A stretch of DNA of 64,000 bases from positions 160,354 through 224,353 of the forward strand of contig OZ245054.1 in NCBI GenBank assembly GCA_965224715.1. The letters are read 5' to 3'. Below are positions 30,921-40,768 of this stretch, piece by piece. The translations under genes were made by a program, and so were the position numbers. Numbering within the stretch: position 1 is the first letter of the stretch; each line of letters begins with the position of its first letter. Origin of the DNA: Spirochaetota bacterium (GTDB lineage Bacteria; Spirochaetota; UBA12135; COTS27; CAXSBA01). The notes below the pieces were generated by a model. It had not been told where the DNA came from and did no database searches. It saw nothing but the letters and a program-made list of their open reading frames with translations.

Positions 30921-31027
30921 ATGCAGATAGTCTTATTACCAGTACAGGGAGCTGATAACTCTTTATCTAAAGCAAGTAAAAAAAGATTATATAGTTGCGA
31001 TTAAATCATCTAAAGGTTTTATCGAAA

Positions 31028-31211
31028 AAAATAAAGAGAAAGGAATTCTATGTAGTTGATGAAACAAAAGTCTTCGATTTTGAACGTGAAATTAAAAAAC
31101 GGTTACACTATTTTAATCAGTTGAGAAAAGAAAAATCTAAACCTCCGAACAAATAAAAATAAGAAGAAAAAATAAGCAACTAATCTTTTTTATTCCTCTT
31201 TTTGAAAAAGA
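31028..31211 (+). repeat. 184-bp direct repeat, right copy
   Basis: Copy of 28443-28626. Supplies the stop codon of the convergent gene ending at 31180. Confidence 0.95.
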
Positions 31212-32505
31212 AAGAAGTGTTCAAGCGGTTGAGAGAGGAATTACCTGAATCACTTTCTCTTTCAACATAGTTGTTGAGGAAATCCTCCAAGCCCTCCACA
31301 TTTTCTCCAGTAATTAAGGAATGAACTAGAAGACGTTCTTGGAGAAGAGCACGATATTTTTTATACATGGAGAAGTTGAAATGTGATTTCTTAAATAAAG
31401 CTGATCCTTGAGTGAGAAATTCTGGAGAAAACAAATTACTCAGAGCTAAACATATTTGAACCCGACGAGAATAATGTTTCTCTTCTGCCAAAGCCTTCAA
31501 CAGAAATTCTTCACTCCTAGCATAAAAGTTATTTTCCTCCAACTCACCCGGAAGGTAAAACAATTTTAAAAAATAAGGCAAAGCCTTATCGGTTATCTTA
31601 CGGCTAATCAAAAGTTCATAACTCGCGGTAAGAAGTTCGTTGCTATCGAATTCTAATAGACAACTAACCGCTTCGTCATATATGATCAAATCACAGTCTA
31701 AAGTAAAGAAAGCTAGAATATTTTTGATAAGATGATCCATTAACCACCAACCAGCATTGAGAAGATAATAACAAGCTTCTAATGGATATGGAGGATATGA
31801 AGAATTAGGGTTGGAGTAGATTTTTTTCAGATTAACTCTCTTTCTCATTGTATCGACCATAGGAGTTTGAATTAAACCTCGAAAATAATTTTCTGTATTT
31901 TCAAAAAATATCTTTTTCTGTCCTTCATTTTTCACCTTAGTGAAGTTAACATAAAAAACTTCAGACCAAATCCTCAATTCAGTCAAATGAGACTTTTTAA
32001 TGGTTTGGTGTTTATATTTTGCAATGAATTGATGGATCTGGGGAAGGATTTGATGGGGAGGATAAGAGCTATAAACCTTAAAAAGATCTCGACGAATAGT
32101 CTGTCTCCACTTTTTAAGGTAAATGGTTTTAAGAAATTCTGGGGGCATATCTTCAATAAAGGGTTTGATTATATGATAGCTATGAGTCATCAATATTTTT
32201 CTGAAAATAACATCATACTGATCCAATATTTCAACTGACTCAATTGTGTCTTTACCTATCCCTTCTCTTAATTTTCTTCTTTGAGAGAGAAAGAAACCCA
32301 ACTGTTCTCTGGTTAAATCTTGATAGGGAAGGAGACGAAGTAAGGGGAAATTTTTAGTGATACCAAAACTTGTAATCGCATGAATAACCATTGAAGGGAT
32401 AGCTTCATCATTGAACTTATGTTCTAAGAAAAGATCTGCTATACGATTTCTTACAATACAATCATGGTGCCCAAGGAACCTAACCAGAAAATAAAAATTT
32501 AGCAA
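31180..32505 (-). CDS. Hypothetical alpha-helical protein
   Basis: 441-aa ORF downstream of nrdB. Leu-rich and possibly HEAT-like. Start uncertain. Confidence 0.6.
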   Translation of the reverse strand: MLNFYFLVRFLGHHDCIVRNRIADLFLEHKFNDEAIPSMVIHAITSFGITKNFPLLRLLPYQDLTREQLGFFLSQRRKLREGIGKDTIESVEILDQYDVIFRKILMTHSYHIIKPFIEDMPPEFLKTIYLKKWRQTIRRDLFKVYSSYPPHQILPQIHQFIAKYKHQTIKKSHLTELRIWSEVFYVNFTKVKNEGQKKIFFENTENYFRGLIQTPMVDTMRKRVNLKKIYSNPNSSYPPYPLEACYYLLNAGWWLMDHLIKNILAFFTLDCDLIIYDEAVSCLLEFDSNELLTASYELLISRKITDKALPYFLKLFYLPGELEENNFYARSEEFLLKALAEEKHYSRRVQICLALSNLFSPEFLTQGSALFKKSHFNFSMYKKYRALLQERLLVHSLITGENVEGLEDFLNNYVERESDSGNSSLNRLNTSFFFKKRNKKD

Positions 32506-32580
32506 TGGGTATCCTTCGTGCTATTATAGCATACTTACTAAGAATCCGATAAATTATTTTCTAAATAAACCTTTCAATAA

Positions 32581-33648
32581 TCAGTCCCACTGCAAAGCTC
32601 CAGAGGTATATTCCTTCACAGTACCTTCAAAAAAATTCACTTCTATCATTGATCCTTGAGTAAATTGATCAATCCAAGGAAAAGGATTCTTAACCTTGAA
32701 GTAAGGAGGAATCCCAACTGCTGTCATCCGCATATCAGCGATAAAATGAAGATACTCTGTGAGATTTTCGGGATTAAGACCTAAAATTCCCTCATTAATA
32801 CAAGATTTACCCCAATCGATCTCATGCTCTACCGCACCTTTGATGTTTTCAGTAACCAATTGAACAAATTCGGAAGTCCAAAGTTCCGGCTGTTCTTTCT
32901 TGATCTGATTAACAATATTAATGAAAAGTTTCAGATGGATGTCCTCATCTCGATTAATAAACTGGATCATCTCAGCACTACCAGGCATCTTCCCGTTTCG
33001 CTTTAAAGTATAGAAAACCAAAAATGCTGAATAGAAGTAGATTCCTTCCAATATAATATTAGAAATGCAAGCTTCTAAAAAATCTTGATCAGCTTCAAAG
33101 GTTCCGGTTTTGAAGTTATTATCGGAAATTTTTCCCAATGATTTTAAAACATATTTATTCTTCTCATAAAGCCCCTGATCTCGCCGATACATTCCATAGA
33201 TCTCTTCAGGGTCAAGTTGTAGAGCTTCTACCATGGTTGAGTAGCTGTGAACATGTAAGGCTTCTTCATAGGCTTGCCGTATCAATGCCAAAGCAATTTC
33301 TGGAGAAGTTATCTGACGAAGAACATTGGATGTGATATTATCGGTCTGAATTCCATCTAAATTGGAAACAAAAGCTAAACTTCTTTTGTAAACCCTCCTT
33401 TCATTTTCGGTAAGAGCACTAGAAGATTGCCACATCTCCAAATCCTTGCCCATGTAAACTTCCTGGGGGACCCAATTGTTATGGAGCATCGTTTTAAAGA
33501 TAGTATCAGCAAAAGGATGCTTTAAAGGAGATACCTGCATAAGTCCATCATCAAAGCCATTAATGACTCGACGCTTATTAATGATATCCCGATTACTTGT
33601 ATGAGTTTCTTTGAATTTACCTAAGAGTTGGTCGAATTTCGCTGACAT
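32581..33648 (-). CDS. nrdB: Ribonucleotide reductase class Ia beta subunit
   Basis: WVPQEV, NLDGIQ, EEALHVHSY (radical Tyr present), LEGIYFYSAF, INRDEDIH, NFFE. Confidence 0.95.
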   Translation of the reverse strand: MSAKFDQLLGKFKETHTSNRDIINKRRVINGFDDGLMQVSPLKHPFADTIFKTMLHNNWVPQEVYMGKDLEMWQSSSALTENERRVYKRSLAFVSNLDGIQTDNITSNVLRQITSPEIALALIRQAYEEALHVHSYSTMVEALQLDPEEIYGMYRRDQGLYEKNKYVLKSLGKISDNNFKTGTFEADQDFLEACISNIILEGIYFYSAFLVFYTLKRNGKMPGSAEMIQFINRDEDIHLKLFINIVNQIKKEQPELWTSEFVQLVTENIKGAVEHEIDWGKSCINEGILGLNPENLTEYLHFIADMRMTAVGIPPYFKVKNPFPWIDQFTQGSMIEVNFFEGTVKEYTSGALQWD

Positions 33649-33687
33649 ATTCTCTTCTCCATTTTAAGAATTAGTTATATTGTTCTA

Positions 33688-36426
33688 CTACTGACAAGTT
33701 TCACAATCTGAATTATCGATAGTACATTCTTTCACTGTAAACTTTTCAGAATTTTCTCCGGCTCCAGGATTAGCTGAAAAAGCCTTAGTGATTTGAGATG
33801 AAGCCTTAGTCCTGAGATAATAGGTAGTTTTAAGTCCCATTTTCCAGGCCATACGATAGATATTATCAATTTCACTTCCTTTACGAGTATTAAGAAAAAG
33901 ATTTGTGGATGCAGACTGATCAATCCATTTGGATCGGCAAGCAGCTGACTTTAATATCCATTTCTGGTCAATCATCATCACCTCTTTGAATTCATGACGA
34001 ATTGAATCCGGAATCACAGTGATATACTCTAGAGAACCACTATGGGCTTTTATCTCCTGAATCACGCTCTTCTGCCACAAACCTAGTCTTTCCAAGCGAT
34101 CAATCAAATAACGATTAACCACATAAAAGTTACCGGAAAGATTTTCCTTCATATAAATGTTGTTGTAAATCGGCTCAATACAGGGAACCACTCCGGCGAT
34201 ATTAGAAATAGTAGCGGTAGGAGCGATTGCCATACAATTAGAATTTCGCATTCCATATTTGGCAACATGGGTTCGAATTGGCTCCCAGTCTTTATGCATG
34301 GAACGATTGACTTCAATTTTTCTTCCCCTTTCTCTTTCCAAATTAGTCAAACTGTCAAAGGGAAGGATGCCTCGATCCCATTTACTTCCCTTATAGGTAG
34401 AATAAGCCCCTTTCTCCCGAGCAAGTTGAGAACTGGCTAAAATGGCATAGTAAGAAATCACTTCCATACTCCGATCAGCAAACTCGACTTGTTCATCTGA
34501 AGAATAAGGAATACCTAATTTAAATAAAGCATCGTGATATCCCATAAGTCCTAGGCCAACTGGACGATGTTGGGCATTAGAATGATGAGCCTCTGGTGTA
34601 GGATAAAAGTTGATATCGATCACATTGTCAAGCATTCGCATCCCGGTAGTAATAGTGGACTTCATCAAGGGCTCATTCAGTTGACCTCCTTTTACCATCT
34701 CAGCTAAATTGATACTGGCTAGATTACATACCGCTGTTTCTTCACTGGAGGTATTAAGGGTGATTTCGGTGCAAAGATTGGAGGAGTGGATCATTCCCGT
34801 ATGATCCTGAGGGTTGCGGATATTCATTGCATCCTTGAAGGTAATCCAAGGATGCCCTGTTTCATAGAGCATAGTTAAAATTTTTCGCCATAGATCTTTA
34901 GCCTTAACTCGACGATGCACTACCGGTGGATTTTTCTCGAATTCTAAATATTTCTCCTCAAAGGCCTTACCATAGGTGGCATAGAGTTCCGGGACATCAC
35001 TAGGGGAAAACAGAGTCCATATTCCATCCTCCTCTACTCGTTTCATAAAAAGATCGGAAATAAATACTGCTGGATGAATGTCATGTGCTCGCCTCCTCTC
35101 ATCTCCTGTGTTTTTCTTGAGTTCGATAAATTCATCTATATCAAAATGCCAGTTCTCTAAATAAGCCGCCATAGCTCCCCGTCGCTTACCCCCTTGATTC
35201 ACTGCAATAGCAATGTCATTAAAAATCTTGATAAAAGGAATAATGCCGGAAGATTCTCCGTTAGTACCACGAATCATGGAACCAGCAGCCCGAACCTTAG
35301 TCCAGTCAGTTCCGATACCGCCCGCCCATTTAGAAAGTTGAGCATTGTCAGAATAACTTTTGAAAATCCCATCTAAAGAATCATCAACAGTATTGATATA
35401 ACAAGAGGAAAGTTGCATATGAGTAGTACCACTATTGAAAAGAGTGGGGGTAGAACTGATCAAATAATGGTGAGAGAGAACCTTATAGAATTCAATAACT
35501 ACTTCCTCTCGACGAGATTTTTTCTCAGGTAAGGCTAAACCCATTGCTACCCTCATCCACATCCATTGAGGTAATTCGAATATTCGCTTTTTAGTGACTT
35601 CCTTATTACGTGTTTTGAGAAGATAACGATCAAAAAGAGTTTGCATTCCCAAATAATAAAATTTATAATCCTGACGATGATCAATAGCTTTGGCTAACAC
35701 GGAGAGATCGAATTCAAGCAGCTGAGGACTAAGGAGCTCCTGTTCCACCCCCAAACGAACATAATCGCCGAATTTTTTTTGATACAGAGAACCGACTTTT
35801 GTAGAACCGAAATGGGATCCCAAAATATTTTTATAAAGGCCATCCAAAATAAAACGAGAAGCACAACTAGAATAATCATAATGGTAATCGGTACGACTCT
35901 CAATCTCTTTAAGGCAGAGATGATTGATCTCCTTTTGTAATATCCCATCATAAAGTCCTCGACTCACAGAGTTCACCAGCTCATCTACATCCACATGAGT
36001 TAGCCCCTTTACTAGACCTTTGATCCGATCCTTGATAATCCCTTCGGTAAGAACAAGTTCCACTCCTTCATCAGTTTGAAAATGGAGTTTATGCTCCTTG
36101 ATCTCTTGAAGGGTCTTTTCTTGACGTAACTTCTTATGTTCTTCCCGGTAAATAATATAGGCACGAGCTACATCGGCATAATGAAAAAGGATCAGTTGAT
36201 TTTCTACAATATCTTGAACTATTTCTACATCGGGTGGATTTTCGTCATTGAACTTTTTTTCGAGTTCATCTAAAACCGATTGAGCAAGATCATCGGGTAT
36301 CTGGTCAACTCTATAATCTTGGCTCAAAAAAGCCTTACGAATAGCGTCGGTAATACGAATAGGATTAAAACTCTCTCGTGCCTTATTCCGTTTAATAATA
36401 TATGAAATATTTGATGTTAAAATCAT
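33688..36426 (-). CDS. nrdA: Ribonucleotide reductase class Ia alpha subunit with ATP cone(s)
   Basis: IIKRN ATP cone, STPTLFNSG, QLSSC, SNLCTEI, VCNLAS, APTATIS, KTTYY, C-terminal CETCQ. ATG 36426 follows a GGAGG RBS. Confidence 0.96.
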   Translation of the reverse strand: MILTSNISYIIKRNKARESFNPIRITDAIRKAFLSQDYRVDQIPDDLAQSVLDELEKKFNDENPPDVEIVQDIVENQLILFHYADVARAYIIYREEHKKLRQEKTLQEIKEHKLHFQTDEGVELVLTEGIIKDRIKGLVKGLTHVDVDELVNSVSRGLYDGILQKEINHLCLKEIESRTDYHYDYSSCASRFILDGLYKNILGSHFGSTKVGSLYQKKFGDYVRLGVEQELLSPQLLEFDLSVLAKAIDHRQDYKFYYLGMQTLFDRYLLKTRNKEVTKKRIFELPQWMWMRVAMGLALPEKKSRREEVVIEFYKVLSHHYLISSTPTLFNSGTTHMQLSSCYINTVDDSLDGIFKSYSDNAQLSKWAGGIGTDWTKVRAAGSMIRGTNGESSGIIPFIKIFNDIAIAVNQGGKRRGAMAAYLENWHFDIDEFIELKKNTGDERRRAHDIHPAVFISDLFMKRVEEDGIWTLFSPSDVPELYATYGKAFEEKYLEFEKNPPVVHRRVKAKDLWRKILTMLYETGHPWITFKDAMNIRNPQDHTGMIHSSNLCTEITLNTSSEETAVCNLASINLAEMVKGGQLNEPLMKSTITTGMRMLDNVIDINFYPTPEAHHSNAQHRPVGLGLMGYHDALFKLGIPYSSDEQVEFADRSMEVISYYAILASSQLAREKGAYSTYKGSKWDRGILPFDSLTNLERERGRKIEVNRSMHKDWEPIRTHVAKYGMRNSNCMAIAPTATISNIAGVVPCIEPIYNNIYMKENLSGNFYVVNRYLIDRLERLGLWQKSVIQEIKAHSGSLEYITVIPDSIRHEFKEVMMIDQKWILKSAACRSKWIDQSASTNLFLNTRKGSEIDNIYRMAWKMGLKTTYYLRTKASSQITKAFSANPGAGENSEKFTVKECTIDNSDCETCQ

Positions 36427-36873
36427 TTCCCCTCCCAAAGTACCAAGTAAATTAGTAAAAATTCAATAATAAATTAACGACTTTTTTATTTTTTTATTTA
36501 AAAACACAAAACAGTCCAATTAAGATGAGTCAAGCAAAATTCAAAAAACTAGGTTTGACAATCATACAGTAGTTGACTTTTAATATTATAAAAAATATTA
36601 GGAAAAAAATCAATCCCAAAAGAGAGAAAAAATTATCTTAATATGAATCAAACAAATAAATCTCCTATAATCTACAGGATTATTTTGAAGACAGTGTTTT
36701 GTCTTCGTTAAAATTGAAAAAAATTTGTGATTTTCATCTATTTCAAATCCTAAAAAAATTATTTTCTGGATTTTATAGGCAAGTTTTCTTTAAAAAAAAT
36801 TATAGAAACCTAATTTGAAAAAATATCGGAATAAGTAAACAGCTAAAAAAGATAACAGAGAAGTTATAAAACC

Positions 36874-38775
36874 CTAGTTTAATTTATTTATTTTTTTCTT
36901 TTTAATTGTTTTTAATATCCTTAGTATTAAAAGACCAAAAAAAGTAATTGTTCCCATACCAAAAAAAGATATAAAAAAATGGTTTTTAGATCGATTTTCA
37001 ACTTCTAAGGAAAAAGAGGCAGTTTTTTTTACCTGAGATAAATAATCAAAATAAATTTGATTAAGAAAATCTCCTCTGGAAGTTTGTAAAACCACACCTA
37101 TCATCTGATCTTCGTCCCTTTCCTCTTTTTGCTGAGCTATTATAGGTTTTTGAGGATAAAAAACCACTGACTGGAGCCTTTCTTCCCTTGAAGTAAGAAA
37201 AAAAGGAGTTTCTTTAAAACCCAATACCGGATTTATTGAATTTTCTTTAGAGGAGCCTATTGGGTGAAGAACAACATCCACGAATAAGTTATCTTGGGTA
37301 AGGTTTTTCAACGGAAAGTAACGGACATCATAATTTAAAGGATCAACCTTTTGAAAATAAATAAGCCCAAGTCGAATTGAATCCTCTCCAATCTCTATAT
37401 CAGTGGTTTCATCAAAAAATATTTTCCCTCGCCAGAGGAATTTTACCCGAACTCCTATTTTCTGGAGATTTTTTTCTTCTACTTTTCTCTTTTTTTCCTC
37501 TTCACTATAGTTCATTTCCAAAACATCTAAGGAAGGAGGATAAAGTGTCATTCGTCCTGGTTTTTTTTGATAAATTTCAGCCGGTTCCTGATGGTTAGGA
37601 TAGACAAAGTAACTACTTACTTTTAAACTCTTTTCATAAGACTTTGAAGAACGATAGTCAACGTGAATCAATTCATTATAGGCATATCTTTTTTTTAAGG
37701 GAATGACCACAAATTCTCGAACTGAGGCAGTGGAAAGATCGATAAATTTTTTAAATACTTCACCGATCACATCAGGTTCTGCTTCGAAAAATTCTCCCTG
37801 AGTTTGTTGAGCAATTTTTTTAAGAAAAGAAGATCGGTATTCTTTGGATTGCTTATTGACTGATAGTCCTATAGTATAAATTGGAATTCCCAAATTCCTC
37901 AATCGAAGATGCTCATCGGCATAGGGATGAGTGGCAACTCCATCAGTAAGGAAAATGACTGCTTTTTGATCTTGATCCTGACTTTGCCCCCGAATCAATC
38001 TCTCCGCTAGTCTGAAGGGTTTACTAAAATCGGTATTCCCTCGCCCTTTTAAAGAGGTCTGGAGAATTTTTTTTTTCAAAAATTCCTTAACTTCTCCAAA
38101 AGGAAAGAGCAACTGAGGGTTGTCAGAAAACGAAATCACCGCAAGTTCATCAATTTTGGATGCGAATTTGGAATTTTGGAAAACTTGGTAGATCTCTTGA
38201 TAACGAAGATGATGGGGATCATTACGGTTCATACTTCCGCTATTATCGATAAGAAAAATAACATCTACTTTTCTCTGTTGATAACGAAAGAAATTTGGTA
38301 AATTCCTAGTTATCTGGATAGATTTCTTTTTATCCCCATAAACCGTGATAAGAAGATCATATTCACCTTCAAAATCTACTTTCGGCATTTGAAGTCGAGC
38401 AAAATAACCATCACCTCGATAATAGGTAGCAGCAGGAACTATATAATAGCGTAATTTCTTTTCACTTTTTTTTAGAATTTGATAACGGAAACGATCTTCG
38501 GGCAAATTGGGGATATCTGATTGATTTCCTCTGACTGAAAAGTGAATAGAGATATTTTCTGGGTTATCAATATAACCAACTATATGTTTGTCTGCTTCTA
38601 CTTCAACAATACTCTTTATTGAATAACTACGATCTACTAAAAAGGGATTGGGAAAAATTTCTTCTGAATGACGTAAAGGTTGAGGAAAATTAGGAGGTTG
38701 GGCAAGAATAGAATTTAATCCCAAAAAAAAAATGAGAATAATAGTTATTGTTCCATCAATAGTTTTTACTCTCAT
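36874..38775 (-). CDS. Exported vWA-domain protein with C-terminal TM anchor
   Basis: MIDAS motifs DNSGSM, GNTDF and FLTDG, a signal peptide, and a C-terminal TM helix with basic tail. Confidence 0.85.
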   Translation of the reverse strand: MRVKTIDGTITIILIFFLGLNSILAQPPNFPQPLRHSEEIFPNPFLVDRSYSIKSIVEVEADKHIVGYIDNPENISIHFSVRGNQSDIPNLPEDRFRYQILKKSEKKLRYYIVPAATYYRGDGYFARLQMPKVDFEGEYDLLITVYGDKKKSIQITRNLPNFFRYQQRKVDVIFLIDNSGSMNRNDPHHLRYQEIYQVFQNSKFASKIDELAVISFSDNPQLLFPFGEVKEFLKKKILQTSLKGRGNTDFSKPFRLAERLIRGQSQDQDQKAVIFLTDGVATHPYADEHLRLRNLGIPIYTIGLSVNKQSKEYRSSFLKKIAQQTQGEFFEAEPDVIGEVFKKFIDLSTASVREFVVIPLKKRYAYNELIHVDYRSSKSYEKSLKVSSYFVYPNHQEPAEIYQKKPGRMTLYPPSLDVLEMNYSEEEKKRKVEEKNLQKIGVRVKFLWRGKIFFDETTDIEIGEDSIRLGLIYFQKVDPLNYDVRYFPLKNLTQDNLFVDVVLHPIGSSKENSINPVLGFKETPFFLTSREERLQSVVFYPQKPIIAQQKEERDEDQMIGVVLQTSRGDFLNQIYFDYLSQVKKTASFSLEVENRSKNHFFISFFGMGTITFFGLLILRILKTIKKKKINKLN

Positions 38776-38916
38776 CAGAAATCCCGAGAAAATTTCATTT
38801 AAAATTAACCTTGGGATTACCGAAATTTAATTCACACAATACGATGTAGATCATATCCCTCCAGAGATACAACGGTTGTGTTAAAGAGGCAAATAATAAT
38901 TTGCCTCTTTATTTTT

Positions 38917-39699
38917 TTAGTTATTGGTTTGGAGATACTCAGGCTCAAAACCAGTCCCAAAACCTGGAATAAAATTCTCATTTTTTGATCCTCCTGAATT
39001 TTTTTCATCCGATCTTTGAACACCCCTACTTCTTTCCCACTCCAAAATACTGATTCCCTCTTCCGCTCTATCAAAGAAAAGGGAGAAGTCTTGATTTTGA
39101 AGAATTTCCGAATAAATTCCAACTGCCTGATCTCTTTGATCCATCAAACGATAAAGTCTAGCCTCTGTAAACATTACAATGGGCTTCAAATAATGAATAA
39201 TATAATCTTCCCGAAATCTCTGAAGGGTATTTAAAGCTTGAAGATAATTGCCCTGATTTTCATAGAAAAGGGAGATAAGATAAAGAGCTAAAGGGGACAT
39301 CTCTTCTCCCTCAGCAATAACTGTTTGTAACTTTTCTTCAACGGTAGTATTGTTCAAACGGAAATCAATCTGAGCTGAAGAGATCAAAGCTCGAATCCCA
39401 TTTTTAGTACCGAGATTATCTTGATAGATTTGAAAGAGCTCATCTGCCAATATTGCCAGTTGATTAGTATAGTCTTCTCCAGAAAGTTCCTCTTGATTCC
39501 ACTGCCTCACAACTTCATTTTTGAATTTTATCTTTTCATTGACCATTAAACTAAGACGATTCTCCCGTCTTTCTTGGTAGACTAAATAACCTGATGCCAA
39601 CAATCCTCCTATCCCTAAAACAATAATGGCAATGAATAACATTCTTATTTTTTTAGGATCATTAAAGAAGTTCTTTATTTTTTCCAATAATGAATTCAT
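38917..39699 (-). CDS. Membrane-anchored TPR protein (YfgM-like)
   Basis: N-terminal TM followed by TPR-like helices (YENQGNYLQAL, ARLYRLMDQRDQA). Confidence 0.7.
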   Translation of the reverse strand: MNSLLEKIKNFFNDPKKIRMLFIAIIVLGIGGLLASGYLVYQERRENRLSLMVNEKIKFKNEVVRQWNQEELSGEDYTNQLAILADELFQIYQDNLGTKNGIRALISSAQIDFRLNNTTVEEKLQTVIAEGEEMSPLALYLISLFYENQGNYLQALNTLQRFREDYIIHYLKPIVMFTEARLYRLMDQRDQAVGIYSEILQNQDFSLFFDRAEEGISILEWERSRGVQRSDEKNSGGSKNENFIPGFGTGFEPEYLQTNN

Positions 39700-39722
39700 A
39701 GATGTTTTTACAGTAAAACTTT

Positions 39723-40493
39723 TTAATAAGTAGCCATATCACTATCTATTTCCCTGGCCCAAGCATGAATTCCTCCCGCCATACTGGTACAATCCTTGAA
39801 TCCATGTCGCTTGAAATAAAGAGCTGCCTTCAAGCTGCGATCACCATGGTGACAATAAATAACCAAAGAGCGTTCTCTATTCCAATTCTTGACTATCTCA
39901 TCAGCATATTCTTGAGTAATAAGTTTACTTTCTGGAATAGTAGCAATGTCTCTTTCCTCATAAGTTCGGCAATCAAGCAAAGTAATCTTTCCTTCTTCCA
40001 ATTCTTTTTTTACTTCTGATACAGATTTTTCCAAGAGTTGTGCTGGGGTTTTAAGTTCTATTTTTTCATTTATATCCGATCCAGAAAATTTATTATAACT
40101 CCGAATGATCGCTTCCTTTAAGAGCTCAACATCAAAACCTTCTATATCTTTCCGTTCTAGTATATGGACTAATTCCTTATTCCGAAAAAAAGCGATACTA
40201 GGAGAGGAAGGAGGGAATCCGGCAACATATTCCCGAGCTCGGCTGACTGCATCTTCATCTACTCCAGCAAAAACAGTACCAATTTTTTTAGGAATTAACT
40301 TATTTTGTAACGAATCAATAAAGGCAGGACGAGCAATACCGGCAGAACAACCACAGACGGAATTGAAAAAAAGAACTGCTGATTCCCCTTTAAGAAAGTC
40401 ATCAACTTTTTCCGGTGAAACAAGATCTTCGACATCACAACTTGTAAGCTCCTCTTTCATGGGATCTGTCAAATTTTTATCATATTTGGACAT
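39723..40493 (-). CDS. BrxA/BrxB-family bacilliredoxin fused to a rhodanese domain
   Basis: NSVCGCSAGIARP, TVFAGVD and PPSSPSIAFF (YphP/YqiW family). C-terminal LLDCR...YCHHGDRS...GGIHAW rhodanese. Confidence 0.88.
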   Translation of the reverse strand: MSKYDKNLTDPMKEELTSCDVEDLVSPEKVDDFLKGESAVLFFNSVCGCSAGIARPAFIDSLQNKLIPKKIGTVFAGVDEDAVSRAREYVAGFPPSSPSIAFFRNKELVHILERKDIEGFDVELLKEAIIRSYNKFSGSDINEKIELKTPAQLLEKSVSEVKKELEEGKITLLDCRTYEERDIATIPESKLITQEYADEIVKNWNRERSLVIYCHHGDRSLKAALYFKRHGFKDCTSMAGGIHAWAREIDSDMATY

Positions 40494-40768
40494 ATTATTA
40501 TCAAATTATACTATCGGTCTTTGTTATTTTTATAAAACAATATTTTAGTTTAGGTTTGACTCAATTATAGTTTATGAGAAAACTCATTTGAGTTATAAAA
40601 TTATAATATGAAAAACCTTATATATTCCAGTCATTTTTAAGTGCAGGTTATAAATCAAAGATTAAACTAAACAAAAGAGGTTTTTCTATAAAGAAAAAAT
40701 GAATTTAAATCACGAGGTTACACAAAGAAATCCCTCAACTCCGTTTACGGCAAATTCTGAACAAAATA

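Larger units (their letters stand above)
28627..31027 (+). mobile_element. Integrase-free genomic islet of surface-polysaccharide genes
   Basis: Bounded by the 184-bp direct repeat. Contains a gmd remnant, one intact ORF and a GT2 remnant. Codon style appears different from the flanks. Confidence 0.65.

Noticed and set aside
28443-31211. The 184-bp repeat as a DGR template/variable repeat pair (both mismatches are A in one copy)
   Set aside because: Only two differences, both G/A transitions. No reverse transcriptase is in the window, the repeat extends into intergenic DNA, and RarA is not a plausible DGR target.
32581-33648. Class Ic (Mn/Fe) ribonucleotide reductase
   Set aside because: The radical Tyr (EEALHVHSY) and the first-ligand Asp are both retained, consistent with class Ia.
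36430-36870. NrdR boxes or a riboswitch upstream of nrdA
   Set aside because: No convincing match to the NrdR consensus or a structured RNA was visible in this very AT-rich gap.
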